Sequence record: OQ790161.1
Strand: one strand, 5' to 3'
DNA: 64,000 nt
The translations under genes and the position numbers were made by a program. The notes beneath the pieces were generated by a model. The model saw nothing but the letters and a program-made list of their open reading frames with translations, did not search any database and had not been told where the DNA came from. Shown here piece after piece: positions 26,569 to 35,026 of this stretch (positions within the stretch are counted from its first letter, which is position 1; the number at the start of each line of letters is the position of its first letter).

Positions 26569-27198
26569 ATGTTCAATTTCAATGTCAAGACTTTCCTGAT
26601 CGTGCTTTTTGCGCTCACCCTGACTGCCTGCGCCACGATCAGCAAGCCAGCCTTCTTGCAAAAGGCTGATCCGATCCTCATCGCTTCTTCCGTTCCCGTT
26701 TTCGCACCCCTGCCGGTCAATATCGAACCGGTCGAGCTGGTCGCTGCTATCCCGGAGATCAAAGACCTTCCCATCCCTGTTGTCCCCCTGAATGAGCGCG
26801 CTCGCGTTGTGCTGAGCGAAGCTGAAATCACCTGCATGGCCAAGGCCGTGTATTTCGAAGCCCGCGGCGAAGGTACCGTAGGCATGACTGCTGTTGGCTA
26901 TGTGATCTTGAATCGCATGGCGCACCACGACTTCAAAGCCAAGACCGCCTGTGGCGTTGTCTATGAGCGCAATTCGCGCGGCTGTCAGTTTAGCTGGGTC
27001 TGTGATGGAAAGCCGGATGCGATTCGCTCCGCCCAGACCTATGAGATCGCAAGGAAAGTAGCCGTCGATGTGATGAACCGTTCTGTTGAGAACCCCATCG
27101 ACGATAGTCTGTTCTTCCGTCACCGTGCCGCAAAGGTCAAGTTCGCGTACAAGTTCCGAGCGACCATCGGCGCGCACCGTTTCTACGCCAAGATCTAG
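26569..27198 (+). CDS. SleB-like cell wall hydrolase (Hydrolase_2) with lipoprotein signal
   Basis: CMAKAVYFEARGEG..GM.AVG.VILNR, CGVVY, CQFSWVCDG, IG.HRFY; lipobox LTAC. Confidence 0.92.
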   Translation: MFNFNVKTFLIVLFALTLTACATISKPAFLQKADPILIASSVPVFAPLPVNIEPVELVAAIPEIKDLPIPVVPLNERARVVLSEAEITCMAKAVYFEARGEGTVGMTAVGYVILNRMAHHDFKAKTACGVVYERNSRGCQFSWVCDGKPDAIRSAQTYEIARKVAVDVMNRSVENPIDDSLFFRHRAAKVKFAYKFRATIGAHRFYAKI

Positions 27199-27300
27199 GC
27201 GTCCCCAACCCCGAATAGACCCCCTGTCCGTTCTCGAGGCGGCAGGGGGTTCTATGGCGGCCTTATGGTTTTGTTTCCGTAGGGTGTAAAGAATCAGGTA

Positions 27301-27843
27301 ATGGACTTTTGGTATGTCTACCCAAAGGTTCAGCTCATGCACCTGACTCTTCCCCGATTGCCGCCTCACCCGTTGACTCCCAGTGAGATCGAAGATGTGA
27401 AGGCGTTTGACGCCTACCAGCAGTCTGTCGGCAAGCTGCGGCTTAAGGACATGGTGGTGGTCCAACCGCTTTCCAAACCGATGGGATCGTTGCCCATCTT
27501 GTCCATGCGCTCTTTCAAGATTCTGGCTATCCGCTATCCTGTCGCCAATGTCGAGGCGTACTTCAACATCGTCATGCGCACTTTGCGCACCCACGGTCAG
27601 TGTGTAACCTTGCAACGTGATGCTGCTGGTCTTTGCATTCGCGACGGTGAACTGCGACTACTCTGGACTGAGGCTGTCGCAGAGGACGGTTCCTTTGCAC
27701 GCAAAACGCCGACGGCTCTAGGCGGCATGGAGACCAAGTTCCACAGCCGCATCTTCGAAGACAAGCCTGCCGTCACCACCGTTGCCCTCGTGGCCGACTC
27801 CGCATTTGCCCAAGAGTTCCACAACGAGCTCCCTCCCCTCTGA
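27301..27843 (+). CDS. Hypothetical protein
   Basis: 180-aa ORF. Confidence 0.68.
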   Translation: MDFWYVYPKVQLMHLTLPRLPPHPLTPSEIEDVKAFDAYQQSVGKLRLKDMVVVQPLSKPMGSLPILSMRSFKILAIRYPVANVEAYFNIVMRTLRTHGQCVTLQRDAAGLCIRDGELRLLWTEAVAEDGSFARKTPTALGGMETKFHSRIFEDKPAVTTVALVADSAFAQEFHNELPPL

Positions 27844-27850
27844 GGTACTT

Positions 27851-28513
27851 ATGTCTAACGTCGTATCTATTGCTGATGCCATGAAACGTCGGGATGACCG
27901 CGTTCGTCTGACGCGCATGCGCGAAGTGGGCCTTGGCGATAAGGACATGGCGATCATGACCATCGCTGCCAATCGCAGTTTCCGCAACGAGCTCGAACCA
28001 CCCACGATTGCCGAAGCCTCGCACATGGGCTTTGAGCGTCTCCAGTACTTGGGCTTTGCACGTACGGAAATGGAGGATGGCGACCTGACGATCACGGTGC
28101 TCTATGACCAGACTCCGGTCCTGCACTACTTCATCTCCGGCGGCAACCTCACCAACGACTGGCATGAGGTGTCTTCGGTAGGATTGGAGCTGTCGGCCAC
28201 CGATGAGAGTCTGGAGGCGGCCATGTCCAAGATCTACGGCTGGCTGCGCGAGGCCGGTGTCGATGAGTTGAGCCTGTATGGCTTCTTTGCTCTGGACTGC
28301 CTCTATGTGGCCATGCAAAGCCACATGACGCCCATGCACTTGCAGTACTTCCCTGAGTCCCATCGTCTGGGACTGGTGCTGTATGACCCGCTGCGGGGCT
28401 CTGACGTTGCCCTGATCGCGATGATCGATACGTGGCGTCCCACTGAAGGTGACAACCTGGCCGGTAGGGTCGAAGACGAGCTGTTGCGTATTGCAGGTAA
28501 CCCCTGCGAGTAA
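27851..28513 (+). CDS. Hypothetical protein
   Basis: GAGG RBS + ATG 27851; 220 aa. Confidence 0.72.
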   Translation: MSNVVSIADAMKRRDDRVRLTRMREVGLGDKDMAIMTIAANRSFRNELEPPTIAEASHMGFERLQYLGFARTEMEDGDLTITVLYDQTPVLHYFISGGNLTNDWHEVSSVGLELSATDESLEAAMSKIYGWLREAGVDELSLYGFFALDCLYVAMQSHMTPMHLQYFPESHRLGLVLYDPLRGSDVALIAMIDTWRPTEGDNLAGRVEDELLRIAGNPCE

Positions 28514-28523
28514 CCAGATCTCA

Positions 28524-28537
28524 AAACTATACCATCC
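28524..28537 (+). promoter_or_regulatory. Putative phage promoter element AAACTATACCATCC (copy 2)
   Basis: Identical to 18800-18813. Confidence 0.5.
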
Positions 28538-28565
28538 ACTTGATCTGACAACCACCTAAACCATC

Positions 28566-29159
28566 ATGAATGCAATCGCAACCCCGACCTGCCCCGGCCA
28601 AGAATTGCTCCAGCGCGGTCTGCCCGTGGAGCTGCATGTAGTGCTTAAGCATGCCATTGACAACATGCTGCGTTTCGAAGGCAAGCTCAAGCCGGCGGCA
28701 TTGGACCACAACCCGTGGGAGTGCATCAATCTGGGCATAAGTGAGGTGGAGGGCCATCCGGAATTCAACACCTTCCAGTTCGGCACCAAGGAACCCCACT
28801 ACCCGCTGATGGTGCAGGTCTTTCCGGCCAACGTCGAACTCAGCGACGTAGCCGAGAGTCTGCTGGAGGTGGAGAACCCGCAGAACTTCTTCCAGCCCAC
28901 GCTCGAGTTCTCGCCCACTACTGTCATTGACATGGTGTATGTGGCATGGGGTGGGGACAAGGAGTTGAAGATGGATGGTTTCATCGCCGTCGCTGTGGGC
29001 GCACTGGCGCTCTCCTCCCGCCTTCCCACCGTGACCGATGTCCATCACGGGTACGATGCCGTCAACAAGCGCTACGCGTTGTACATGCGCAATGCCGGCC
29101 AGTCGTGGTTGTGGGTCTTGAAATTCGCAGAACTGCGTCCGTCGATCACCCGTCAGTAA
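28566..29159 (+). CDS. Hypothetical protein
   Basis: 197-aa ORF after CTATAC promoter-like motif. Confidence 0.72.
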   Translation: MNAIATPTCPGQELLQRGLPVELHVVLKHAIDNMLRFEGKLKPAALDHNPWECINLGISEVEGHPEFNTFQFGTKEPHYPLMVQVFPANVELSDVAESLLEVENPQNFFQPTLEFSPTTVIDMVYVAWGGDKELKMDGFIAVAVGALALSSRLPTVTDVHHGYDAVNKRYALYMRNAGQSWLWVLKFAELRPSITRQ

Positions 29160-29205
29160 TTTTTCCCACAGCGGTTTGATGCTGTGCACAATCACCTTTC
29201 CGAGC

Positions 29206-29673
29206 ATGGCCATGGAAAACGAACAGTCCACCCCCGCACCGGCTGACAACGCGGTCAATCAGCAGTTCTTCGGTATTTCCGCTGACGGCCAGATCCTCTG
29301 GCTGCCCGAAGCGGCCTACCCCAGCGACGCACTGCGCATCTACCAGGCCAACGACGAAAAGCCGTTGCGCATTGAGATGGTGCTCGATGCCAACCAGTAC
29401 GACATCATCCGCTCGGCGGTGGATGCGGAACTCAATGACGTGGACGGCGATACGCTGATCCCCACGTACTTCGTGATCCCCTTCCACACCCAGCATGCCG
29501 TCTTCCCGCACCCTTCCGTGGACACCGAGGAAGAAGTCAAGGAATGGCTGGAAAACTGGATCGCCCAGCACAGCAGCGAAGATCGTCATGTTGCCGTACT
29601 CGGCCCGTTCAAGCTGGACGACGTCAAGGCCAATTGGCCGGTGGTCCAGGGCAGTTCCCCAGTGCAGGCGTAA
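29206..29673 (+). CDS. Acidic hypothetical protein
   Basis: 155-aa ORF, strong codon bias. Confidence 0.72.
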   Translation: MAMENEQSTPAPADNAVNQQFFGISADGQILWLPEAAYPSDALRIYQANDEKPLRIEMVLDANQYDIIRSAVDAELNDVDGDTLIPTYFVIPFHTQHAVFPHPSVDTEEEVKEWLENWIAQHSSEDRHVAVLGPFKLDDVKANWPVVQGSSPVQA

Positions 29674-29860
29674 AGCGCTGCACGCAAGGGTTAGGTTTTC
29701 TCCCCAGAAACCTAACCGGGCTTGATTCCACCACTCCCCAGTGGGAATGCCAGGTTAAGGTCATCCGGCGTCGTGAGACGAATCCGGGCGAAGGCCATTG
29801 CAAGGCGTCGTTAACCTTGCCGCGAATTCTAGAAGACCAGCCCGTCAAACGGCTGGCCTT
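29655..29860 (+). ncRNA. Candidate structured ncRNA with repeated CCCC-loop hairpins
   Basis: About 210-nt ORF-free gap filled with stems: 29689-29717, 29725-29748, 29749-29758/29811-29820 enclosing a GUGA tetraloop hairpin, and terminal hairpin 29837-29856; strand uncertain. Confidence 0.42.
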
Positions 29861-29887
29861 TATGCTGTCCACTTACAAGGAAACCCG

Positions 29888-30838
29888 ATGAAGACTGAAA
29901 GATTTCGCAGGCCTGCTCTGGAAGACGTGTTGCCCTTTGCCAAGGCCGCGGTGGATCGTAAGGAACTGCGCAGTCTGGATCTGCCGGTGGAGCGCCAATG
30001 GCTGCTGGCGCAGGCCCATCCGTTCATCCTCAAGGCGTTCGAGTATTACCTCCAGCAAACTCACCGCCGCCACAACGCCGGCGTGAGTGATGAGGGGTTG
30101 TTCTTCTCCATCGATCACGAGTACGGTGAGGTGTTCCGCCTGACCGCCCATCACACCCCGCGGGTTTTCCAGACCACAGTGGAAGGGCTGTGGATTCCTG
30201 CACAACCGGGCGTGCATGATTTCCCGCCGCAGGCCGACAGCGCGAACACCTCGTTTGCGGTGGTCATGCAGCACGCCCTGAAGCTGGTGGAGCAAAACGG
30301 CGGCGATGAGGAAGTGTCGGTCCATCATCAAGGCACCTACGTCGAATTCGTCGAGGGTCTGTACTCGACGATCACGTCGGTGTGGACCTGGAATGATTCG
30401 CAGTGGACGATCACCTACAAGCCCCCCTTCCATGTTCCCGCACCGGGCTACGAAGGCCTGCTGTCCAGCCTGAGTGATCTGTACGAGTTCAACGACAACA
30501 TCCAGCACACTCGTGGGTTGGAAGGTGTGGGCGTGGGTCGTTCGGCCTACTACTACGACTGGAGCAAAGACCAGTTGTTGTTCTGGGTACTGGAAGACAC
30601 CAACCCCAATGTCCTGCAAGCCTACGTGCAGAGTCAAAGCGATGGCGTTGCTTCCCAGTTGCGCCAGTGGGCCACAGGTGAGGACCTGCGCGCTCAGATC
30701 GCCAAGTGCCTGCTGAACCTGGACGAGACCTTCACCGTCTACCATATCCTGGACGTGCCCGATCAGGATGAAGTGGTAGTCAAGATCTTCCACATCGGCG
30801 ATACCGCCACGAGTCTTTACCTGAAGATCAAGCGTTAA
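29888..30838 (+). CDS. Hypothetical protein
   Basis: AAGGAAA RBS + ATG 29888; 316 aa. Confidence 0.75.
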   Translation: MKTERFRRPALEDVLPFAKAAVDRKELRSLDLPVERQWLLAQAHPFILKAFEYYLQQTHRRHNAGVSDEGLFFSIDHEYGEVFRLTAHHTPRVFQTTVEGLWIPAQPGVHDFPPQADSANTSFAVVMQHALKLVEQNGGDEEVSVHHQGTYVEFVEGLYSTITSVWTWNDSQWTITYKPPFHVPAPGYEGLLSSLSDLYEFNDNIQHTRGLEGVGVGRSAYYYDWSKDQLLFWVLEDTNPNVLQAYVQSQSDGVASQLRQWATGEDLRAQIAKCLLNLDETFTVYHILDVPDQDEVVVKIFHIGDTATSLYLKIKR

Positions 30839-30849
30839 GTAGTTTTTCA

Positions 30850-31025
30850 CAGTAACGTGGGATGCTGTGGAAGTACGGTGCAGAATTAGTCGTCCATGAG
30901 CGACTGATACCTCACTGCATCCTGCATGTTCTGTGCTCGCTGTGAAGCGATCCCACTACCCAGAGAACATGTCGCGACCCCACGGTCGCCACCGCGAGTG
31001 GGGCGGGAAACCGCCCCACTCTTCT
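30850..31025 (+). ncRNA. Candidate structured ncRNA / regulatory leader
   Basis: Consecutive stems 30860-69/30913-22, 30888-92/30901-05, 30925-32/30964-71, 30974-79/30984-89, then terminator 30996-31021. Confidence 0.38.
30996..31021 (+). terminator. GAAA hairpin followed by TTCTTATGC
   Basis: GAGTGGGGCGG-GAAA-CCGCCCCACTC. Confidence 0.72.
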
Positions 31026-31051
31026 TATGCCTATTACGGAATCCAATTGCC

Positions 31052-32113
31052 ATGACCCAGACCACCACCACCGAGTCGCCCAAGGCTCTGTTCAACCTGA
31101 TCGTCGCTCCCAACCACGCCACGGCCAACGCCATCGCCAAACAGTACGACCTGTCCGATGTCCAATTCCTGGATGAGCTGGAAAAGAAACTGCGCCTGGA
31201 AGACGGCGGCATCAAGCGCGGCGATTCGCTGAACGCCTACCTGGCCTCGGTGGACCACACCATCACCCTGGTGGCCCTGTTCGATCAGGGTTGGCTGGCC
31301 AGCCTGCTGGGCAACAACAGTGCCATGTCCGCCTCGGTCTGGCGTTCGGTGCTGTCCAAGCTGATGGGTCATCGCAGCGAACTGCAGCGCAACCTGCTGG
31401 TCATCTCCGCTGACAGCCTGAGCAGCAACGTGCGCGCTTCGGTCGAAGCTGGCAAGACCCGCGTGTTCGCCGCCGGCCAGCGGGTGCCCAATGAATGGTA
31501 CCCGGCCCGTCCGGAACGTGAGAAGCCGGTCAAGAAGGAAAAGACCCCGATCCAGCAGTACGTGGAAAAGAACCTCAAGCCGCGCGTCCACGCCAAGAAG
31601 AACGGCGCGCCGGAGTTGGTGCAGGTGGGTCTCAAGCGCAAGGCCAATACGCCCAAGCCCAGCCCGCGTCGTTCGCACAACGTGCTCCACGATGACCTGT
31701 ACCTGCTGGCCAAGGGCCACTACGGCGCCTTCGGCGATTCCTTCGCGCTGGAGAAGGCCCAGCAGATCATCTCCATCCACATGGGCGTGCCGCTGATCAA
31801 CATCGGTGATGACATCATCGTCCACCACCTGTTCGAAACGCTGATCAAGAAGTCCAACCGTGGTTACTGGGGCGGCTTCACCCTGCTCAAGGACGTGGTG
31901 CATGCCGGTAGTCGTGGCGCCGGTGCACTGGTGGACACCCTGGTGGGCCACATCTCGCTGATCCCGGCCATCGATGCCAAGGGCGTGGAAGTCAAGCAGC
32001 CCAAGGCCAACGAGCGGCTGGTCGCGCTGCTGCACGAAGACAAGGACCGTGCGGCAAAGATGTTCCCCGGCACGAAGATGAATGTCGAGCGGGCAACGGT
32101 GGACGCGGACTAA
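31052..32113 (+). CDS. Hypothetical protein
   Basis: 353 aa, strong codon bias, K/P-rich central linker. Confidence 0.78.
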   Translation: MTQTTTTESPKALFNLIVAPNHATANAIAKQYDLSDVQFLDELEKKLRLEDGGIKRGDSLNAYLASVDHTITLVALFDQGWLASLLGNNSAMSASVWRSVLSKLMGHRSELQRNLLVISADSLSSNVRASVEAGKTRVFAAGQRVPNEWYPARPEREKPVKKEKTPIQQYVEKNLKPRVHAKKNGAPELVQVGLKRKANTPKPSPRRSHNVLHDDLYLLAKGHYGAFGDSFALEKAQQIISIHMGVPLINIGDDIIVHHLFETLIKKSNRGYWGGFTLLKDVVHAGSRGAGALVDTLVGHISLIPAIDAKGVEVKQPKANERLVALLHEDKDRAAKMFPGTKMNVERATVDAD

Positions 32114-32161
32114 GTCTTCCCATAGTCGCAGCATAATGTGACAACGACTCTGGGATAACCC

Positions 32162-32776
32162 ATGAACCCGATCCTCAGCCACTTGCAAGTGGTGAGTCTG
32201 GAAGCGGAAGCTGACGGACAAACCCGTGCTGAAAAAGAGATCGTCTTCTACGGCAAAATCGTCGACCATGACGCGCTGAAGAAGGCCGATCGCAAAGAAG
32301 ACCAGGAGCAGTGGGAAATCCGCTCCAAGGATGACTCCAATCAATACGCCGGGTGCATTCGCATCCGGTGCATCAATGGAGAGAAGTACATCCTGACCAC
32401 CAAGACCTTCAAGCCCGATAAGGGCAACTTGAGTGAGACGGAAGTCGAGCTGGCCCCGGAAGTGGGTAAGAACATGTTGGAGGAGTTCAAGAAGCTCTCC
32501 TCCGGTGGCATGGTCAAGACCCGCTACTTCTTCGATGTCCCCGACTCGGACTTGGTCTGGGAAGTGGATGTGTACTACGATGAAAAGGGCGAACCGCGCA
32601 AGTGGTGCAAGATCGACTTGGAAGTAAGCGACTTCCGCGTGAAGCGTCCTGAACTTCCCATCGAGCTGACGGATGTGCGGGAGATCCCGCCCAAGAACCG
32701 CAGTGAAGATGAGCAGCGCTTTGTTGAGAAGCTGATGACTCGCGAGTTCATCGCGCCCAACCCGTACCAAAAGTAA
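32162..32776 (+). CDS. CYTH / triphosphate tunnel metalloenzyme-like protein
   Basis: EKEIVFY (ExE-like), IRIR, LTTK, ETEVEL, KTRYFF, WEVDVY, IDLEV motifs of the CYTH fold. Confidence 0.78.
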   Translation: MNPILSHLQVVSLEAEADGQTRAEKEIVFYGKIVDHDALKKADRKEDQEQWEIRSKDDSNQYAGCIRIRCINGEKYILTTKTFKPDKGNLSETEVELAPEVGKNMLEEFKKLSSGGMVKTRYFFDVPDSDLVWEVDVYYDEKGEPRKWCKIDLEVSDFRVKRPELPIELTDVREIPPKNRSEDEQRFVEKLMTREFIAPNPYQK

Positions 32777-32836
32777 TCGGCATAACACCCCCGTCCCGCA
32801 CAAGGGACGGGGATGTGCCCTCAACTGGAAAAGACC

Positions 32837-33262
32837 ATGTCCGAGATCATCGAACACCGCATGCCGTACATCCCTTTCACCATCTCGCCCAATGGTGACA
32901 ATATGCGCGATTTCAGCGCAGTTGTCTCGGGCAACATGTTGATCGTGGAAGAAAAGACCTACCTCGCCATCAAGGCCGCCCCCGACGTCCCGGCAGTGAT
33001 GGCCGGGCACATGATCCTGCTCAAGGACCCCGACGCTCCGGCCGACCGTTTCCGCTCCAGCATGGATGCGCTGTATCCGGACCAGCACGGCAGCTCGCGC
33101 GTGTACGCTGACAACATCGATCAGGCCATCGGCCATGCCGCCACTCTGCGCAGTCTGGTGAACATGACCGCCGGCGTGCGCATGGGTCTGGTGGTACTGG
33201 ACTTCGGCGACTCTGACCTGATCGGTCAGCTGCGTGAGATCGGCTACGCTCCCAAGGAGTAA
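32837..33262 (+). CDS. Hypothetical protein
   Basis: 141 aa after hairpin; GGAAAAG RBS. Confidence 0.72.
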   Translation: MSEIIEHRMPYIPFTISPNGDNMRDFSAVVSGNMLIVEEKTYLAIKAAPDVPAVMAGHMILLKDPDAPADRFRSSMDALYPDQHGSSRVYADNIDQAIGHAATLRSLVNMTAGVRMGLVVLDFGDSDLIGQLREIGYAPKE

Positions 33263-33264
33263 GA

Positions 33265-33753
33265 ATGTCCAGCTTCGAACTTCATCGGGCACACGCCCAA
33301 CAGTTGCTGGCCCGCAAGAGCGAGCAACTGCGTAAGGAACGCCTGGCCCGTGAGAAAGCCAAGCGTCAAGCCCAACACATTCCGATGGGTTGGGAAGACT
33401 ACTACCAGATCTGGCTGGTGGTAGCCCTGTTGGCGGGTTTTTTCATCAACAGTCCTTGGGGCTTTGCCCTGCTCTTTCATGACCCTGTCGCACTGCGCGT
33501 GGTCAATCTGTTCCTGCTCGGCCTGCTGGTGGTCGTAGCGGTCATCGACATCTTCGCACGTGAGATGTCGCCTGTGTTCTACCACGAAGAGGAAGCTGCA
33601 CCATGTACTACCGACTCGGAACTTTCGGGCGCTTCCTCTGGAACCTCATCGCCTGTGTCATCTGGGGAGTCGCAACCCTCCAGTGCATGGCGTGGGTCGT
33701 GGGAGGCGGGCACCAAGCGGGACAGTCCGCACGAAGCTTCACCCGCAGTGTAG
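33265..33753 (+). CDS. Membrane protein (2-3 TM); 3' end overlaps next ORF by 151 nt
   Basis: Basic N-terminus then hydrophobic segments; Ser-rich tail looks off-frame. Confidence 0.62.
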   Translation: MSSFELHRAHAQQLLARKSEQLRKERLAREKAKRQAQHIPMGWEDYYQIWLVVALLAGFFINSPWGFALLFHDPVALRVVNLFLLGLLVVVAVIDIFAREMSPVFYHEEEAAPCTTDSELSGASSGTSSPVSSGESQPSSAWRGSWEAGTKRDSPHEASPAV

Positions 33754-33905
33754 GCCTGTCGCCTATTCTGTCGGATTTCCTCAACCTTGCCACGACGGTC
33801 TTCGGGTTCTTTATCCTGCCTGTATTGACCGCGTGGGTTGTCATCACTTTTAGCAATTTCTTGAAAGGCAAGTCCCATGAACGACCGCATCGAAAACCCG
33901 AGTGA
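33603..33905 (+). CDS. Membrane protein (2 TM)
   Basis: GAGGA RBS + ATG; two hydrophobic helices. Confidence 0.62.
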   Translation: MYYRLGTFGRFLWNLIACVIWGVATLQCMAWVVGGGHQAGQSARSFTRSVGLSPILSDFLNLATTVFGFFILPVLTAWVVITFSNFLKGKSHERPHRKPE

Positions 33906-34101
33906 CGATGACGCCACCGCCAACGGCGGCCACAACCCCTACAACCAACACCTGGAACATTGCGACCAGTGCCGTCACTCGCCTGACAGTCAGTGCGATG
34001 AGGGCGATCGCTCGCTGCACGAATCGGTCGTCAACGGGACCGCGGGTAGCTACGACCGCGAACTGGACAAGATCCGCAACCCGCATCTGAAGGAAGACTG
34101 A
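33877..34101 (+). CDS. Small acidic protein with H..HC..C......C motif
   Basis: NQHLEHCDQCRHSPDSQCDEG; TGATG coupling to folA. Confidence 0.65.
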   Translation: MNDRIENPSDDDATANGGHNPYNQHLEHCDQCRHSPDSQCDEGDRSLHESVVNGTAGSYDRELDKIRNPHLKED

Positions 34102-34613
34102 TGAGCCGTCCTGAAATTATCATGGTCGCTGCGTGCGACCGCAATGGTGCCATCGGTAAGGGCAACACCCTGCCGTGGAAACACCGGGCCGACATGCAGA
34201 TGTTCAAGAAGCTCACCACTGGCGGTACGGTGGTGATGGGTTCGAAGACCTATCTGTCCATGGGTGCCAAGCCGCTGCCCAACCGTGTCAATGTCGTACT
34301 GACGCGCTACCCGGACAAGTTCCAGGAACGCGAGGGCGTGCACTTCATCAACGACATGCGCCTGGCTGACCAGTACGCCACCGACAACAAGCTGCTGGTG
34401 ATCGGCGGTGAGAACGTGTACGAGCAGTTCGCTCCGTTTGCTGACGTGGTCCATCTGTCGCGACTGGATCTGGAAGTGGAAGGTGCCGATGCGTTCTTCC
34501 CGGACTTCCTGACCGGGCCGGTGGGTCGGGACATGTGGGACGTGGTGTGCATCGACAACCCCGCTGCCGGTGACGACGTTGCCTGGCAGCAGTGCGTCTA
34601 CAACCGCAAGTGA
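34101..34613 (+). CDS. folA: Dihydrofolate reductase
   Basis: AIGKGNTLPW, DMQMFKKLT, VVMG.KT, PLPNR.NVVLTR, VIGGE.VY, GADAFFP. Confidence 0.96.
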   Translation: MSRPEIIMVAACDRNGAIGKGNTLPWKHRADMQMFKKLTTGGTVVMGSKTYLSMGAKPLPNRVNVVLTRYPDKFQEREGVHFINDMRLADQYATDNKLLVIGGENVYEQFAPFADVVHLSRLDLEVEGADAFFPDFLTGPVGRDMWDVVCIDNPAAGDDVAWQQCVYNRK

Positions 34614-34627
34614 CCGGAGGTCAGCAG

Positions 34628-34960
34628 ATGTTACCGATCATTGCAATCTTTCGTGTCGATGAAGACGCATTCATGTTCTATGACCTGGACAAGGAAAAGT
34701 TCATTGGTAAGTTCACAGTGCCCGCTGGGGATGAATACCACACGATGACTTACGGGTCACTGACGTTCGCTGAGTACGACGAAGAGAACGAGAAGTCGAT
34801 TCAGTTGATCTCCGTCACTGTCTCGAACAAGTCCGATGGTCAAGAACGGGTACTCAAGGATCTTCCGACTGCAGAATTGGTTGAAACCATTCTCCATATC
34901 TTCACCGATCTCAATTTGGACAAGCGGTCTGAAGGTCAGGTCTCGGTGGTCAAGCATTGA
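34628..34960 (+). CDS. Hypothetical protein
   Basis: GGAGG RBS; 110 aa; ends at convergent hairpin. Confidence 0.72.
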   Translation: MLPIIAIFRVDEDAFMFYDLDKEKFIGKFTVPAGDEYHTMTYGSLTFAEYDEENEKSIQLISVTVSNKSDGQERVLKDLPTAELVETILHIFTDLNLDKRSEGQVSVVKH

Positions 34961-34972
34961 TCGACGGCATAG

Positions 34973-35002
34973 CCAGAGGGCTCCCTTGCGGGAGCCCTCT
35001 GG
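34973..35002. terminator. Bidirectional hairpin at convergence of + block and tail-fibre block
   Basis: GCATAG-CCAGAGGGCTCCC-TTGC-GGGAGCCCTCTGG-TGTTATGC. Confidence 0.78.
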
Positions 35003-35026
35003 TGTTATGCTGCTTTTCTTTTTGGC

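Noticed and set aside
29760-29820. Hammerhead or other known self-cleaving ribozyme in the 29.7-kb element
   Set aside because: The CUGAUGA and GAAA-C core is not present in the required arrangement. Kept only as an unclassified structured RNA.
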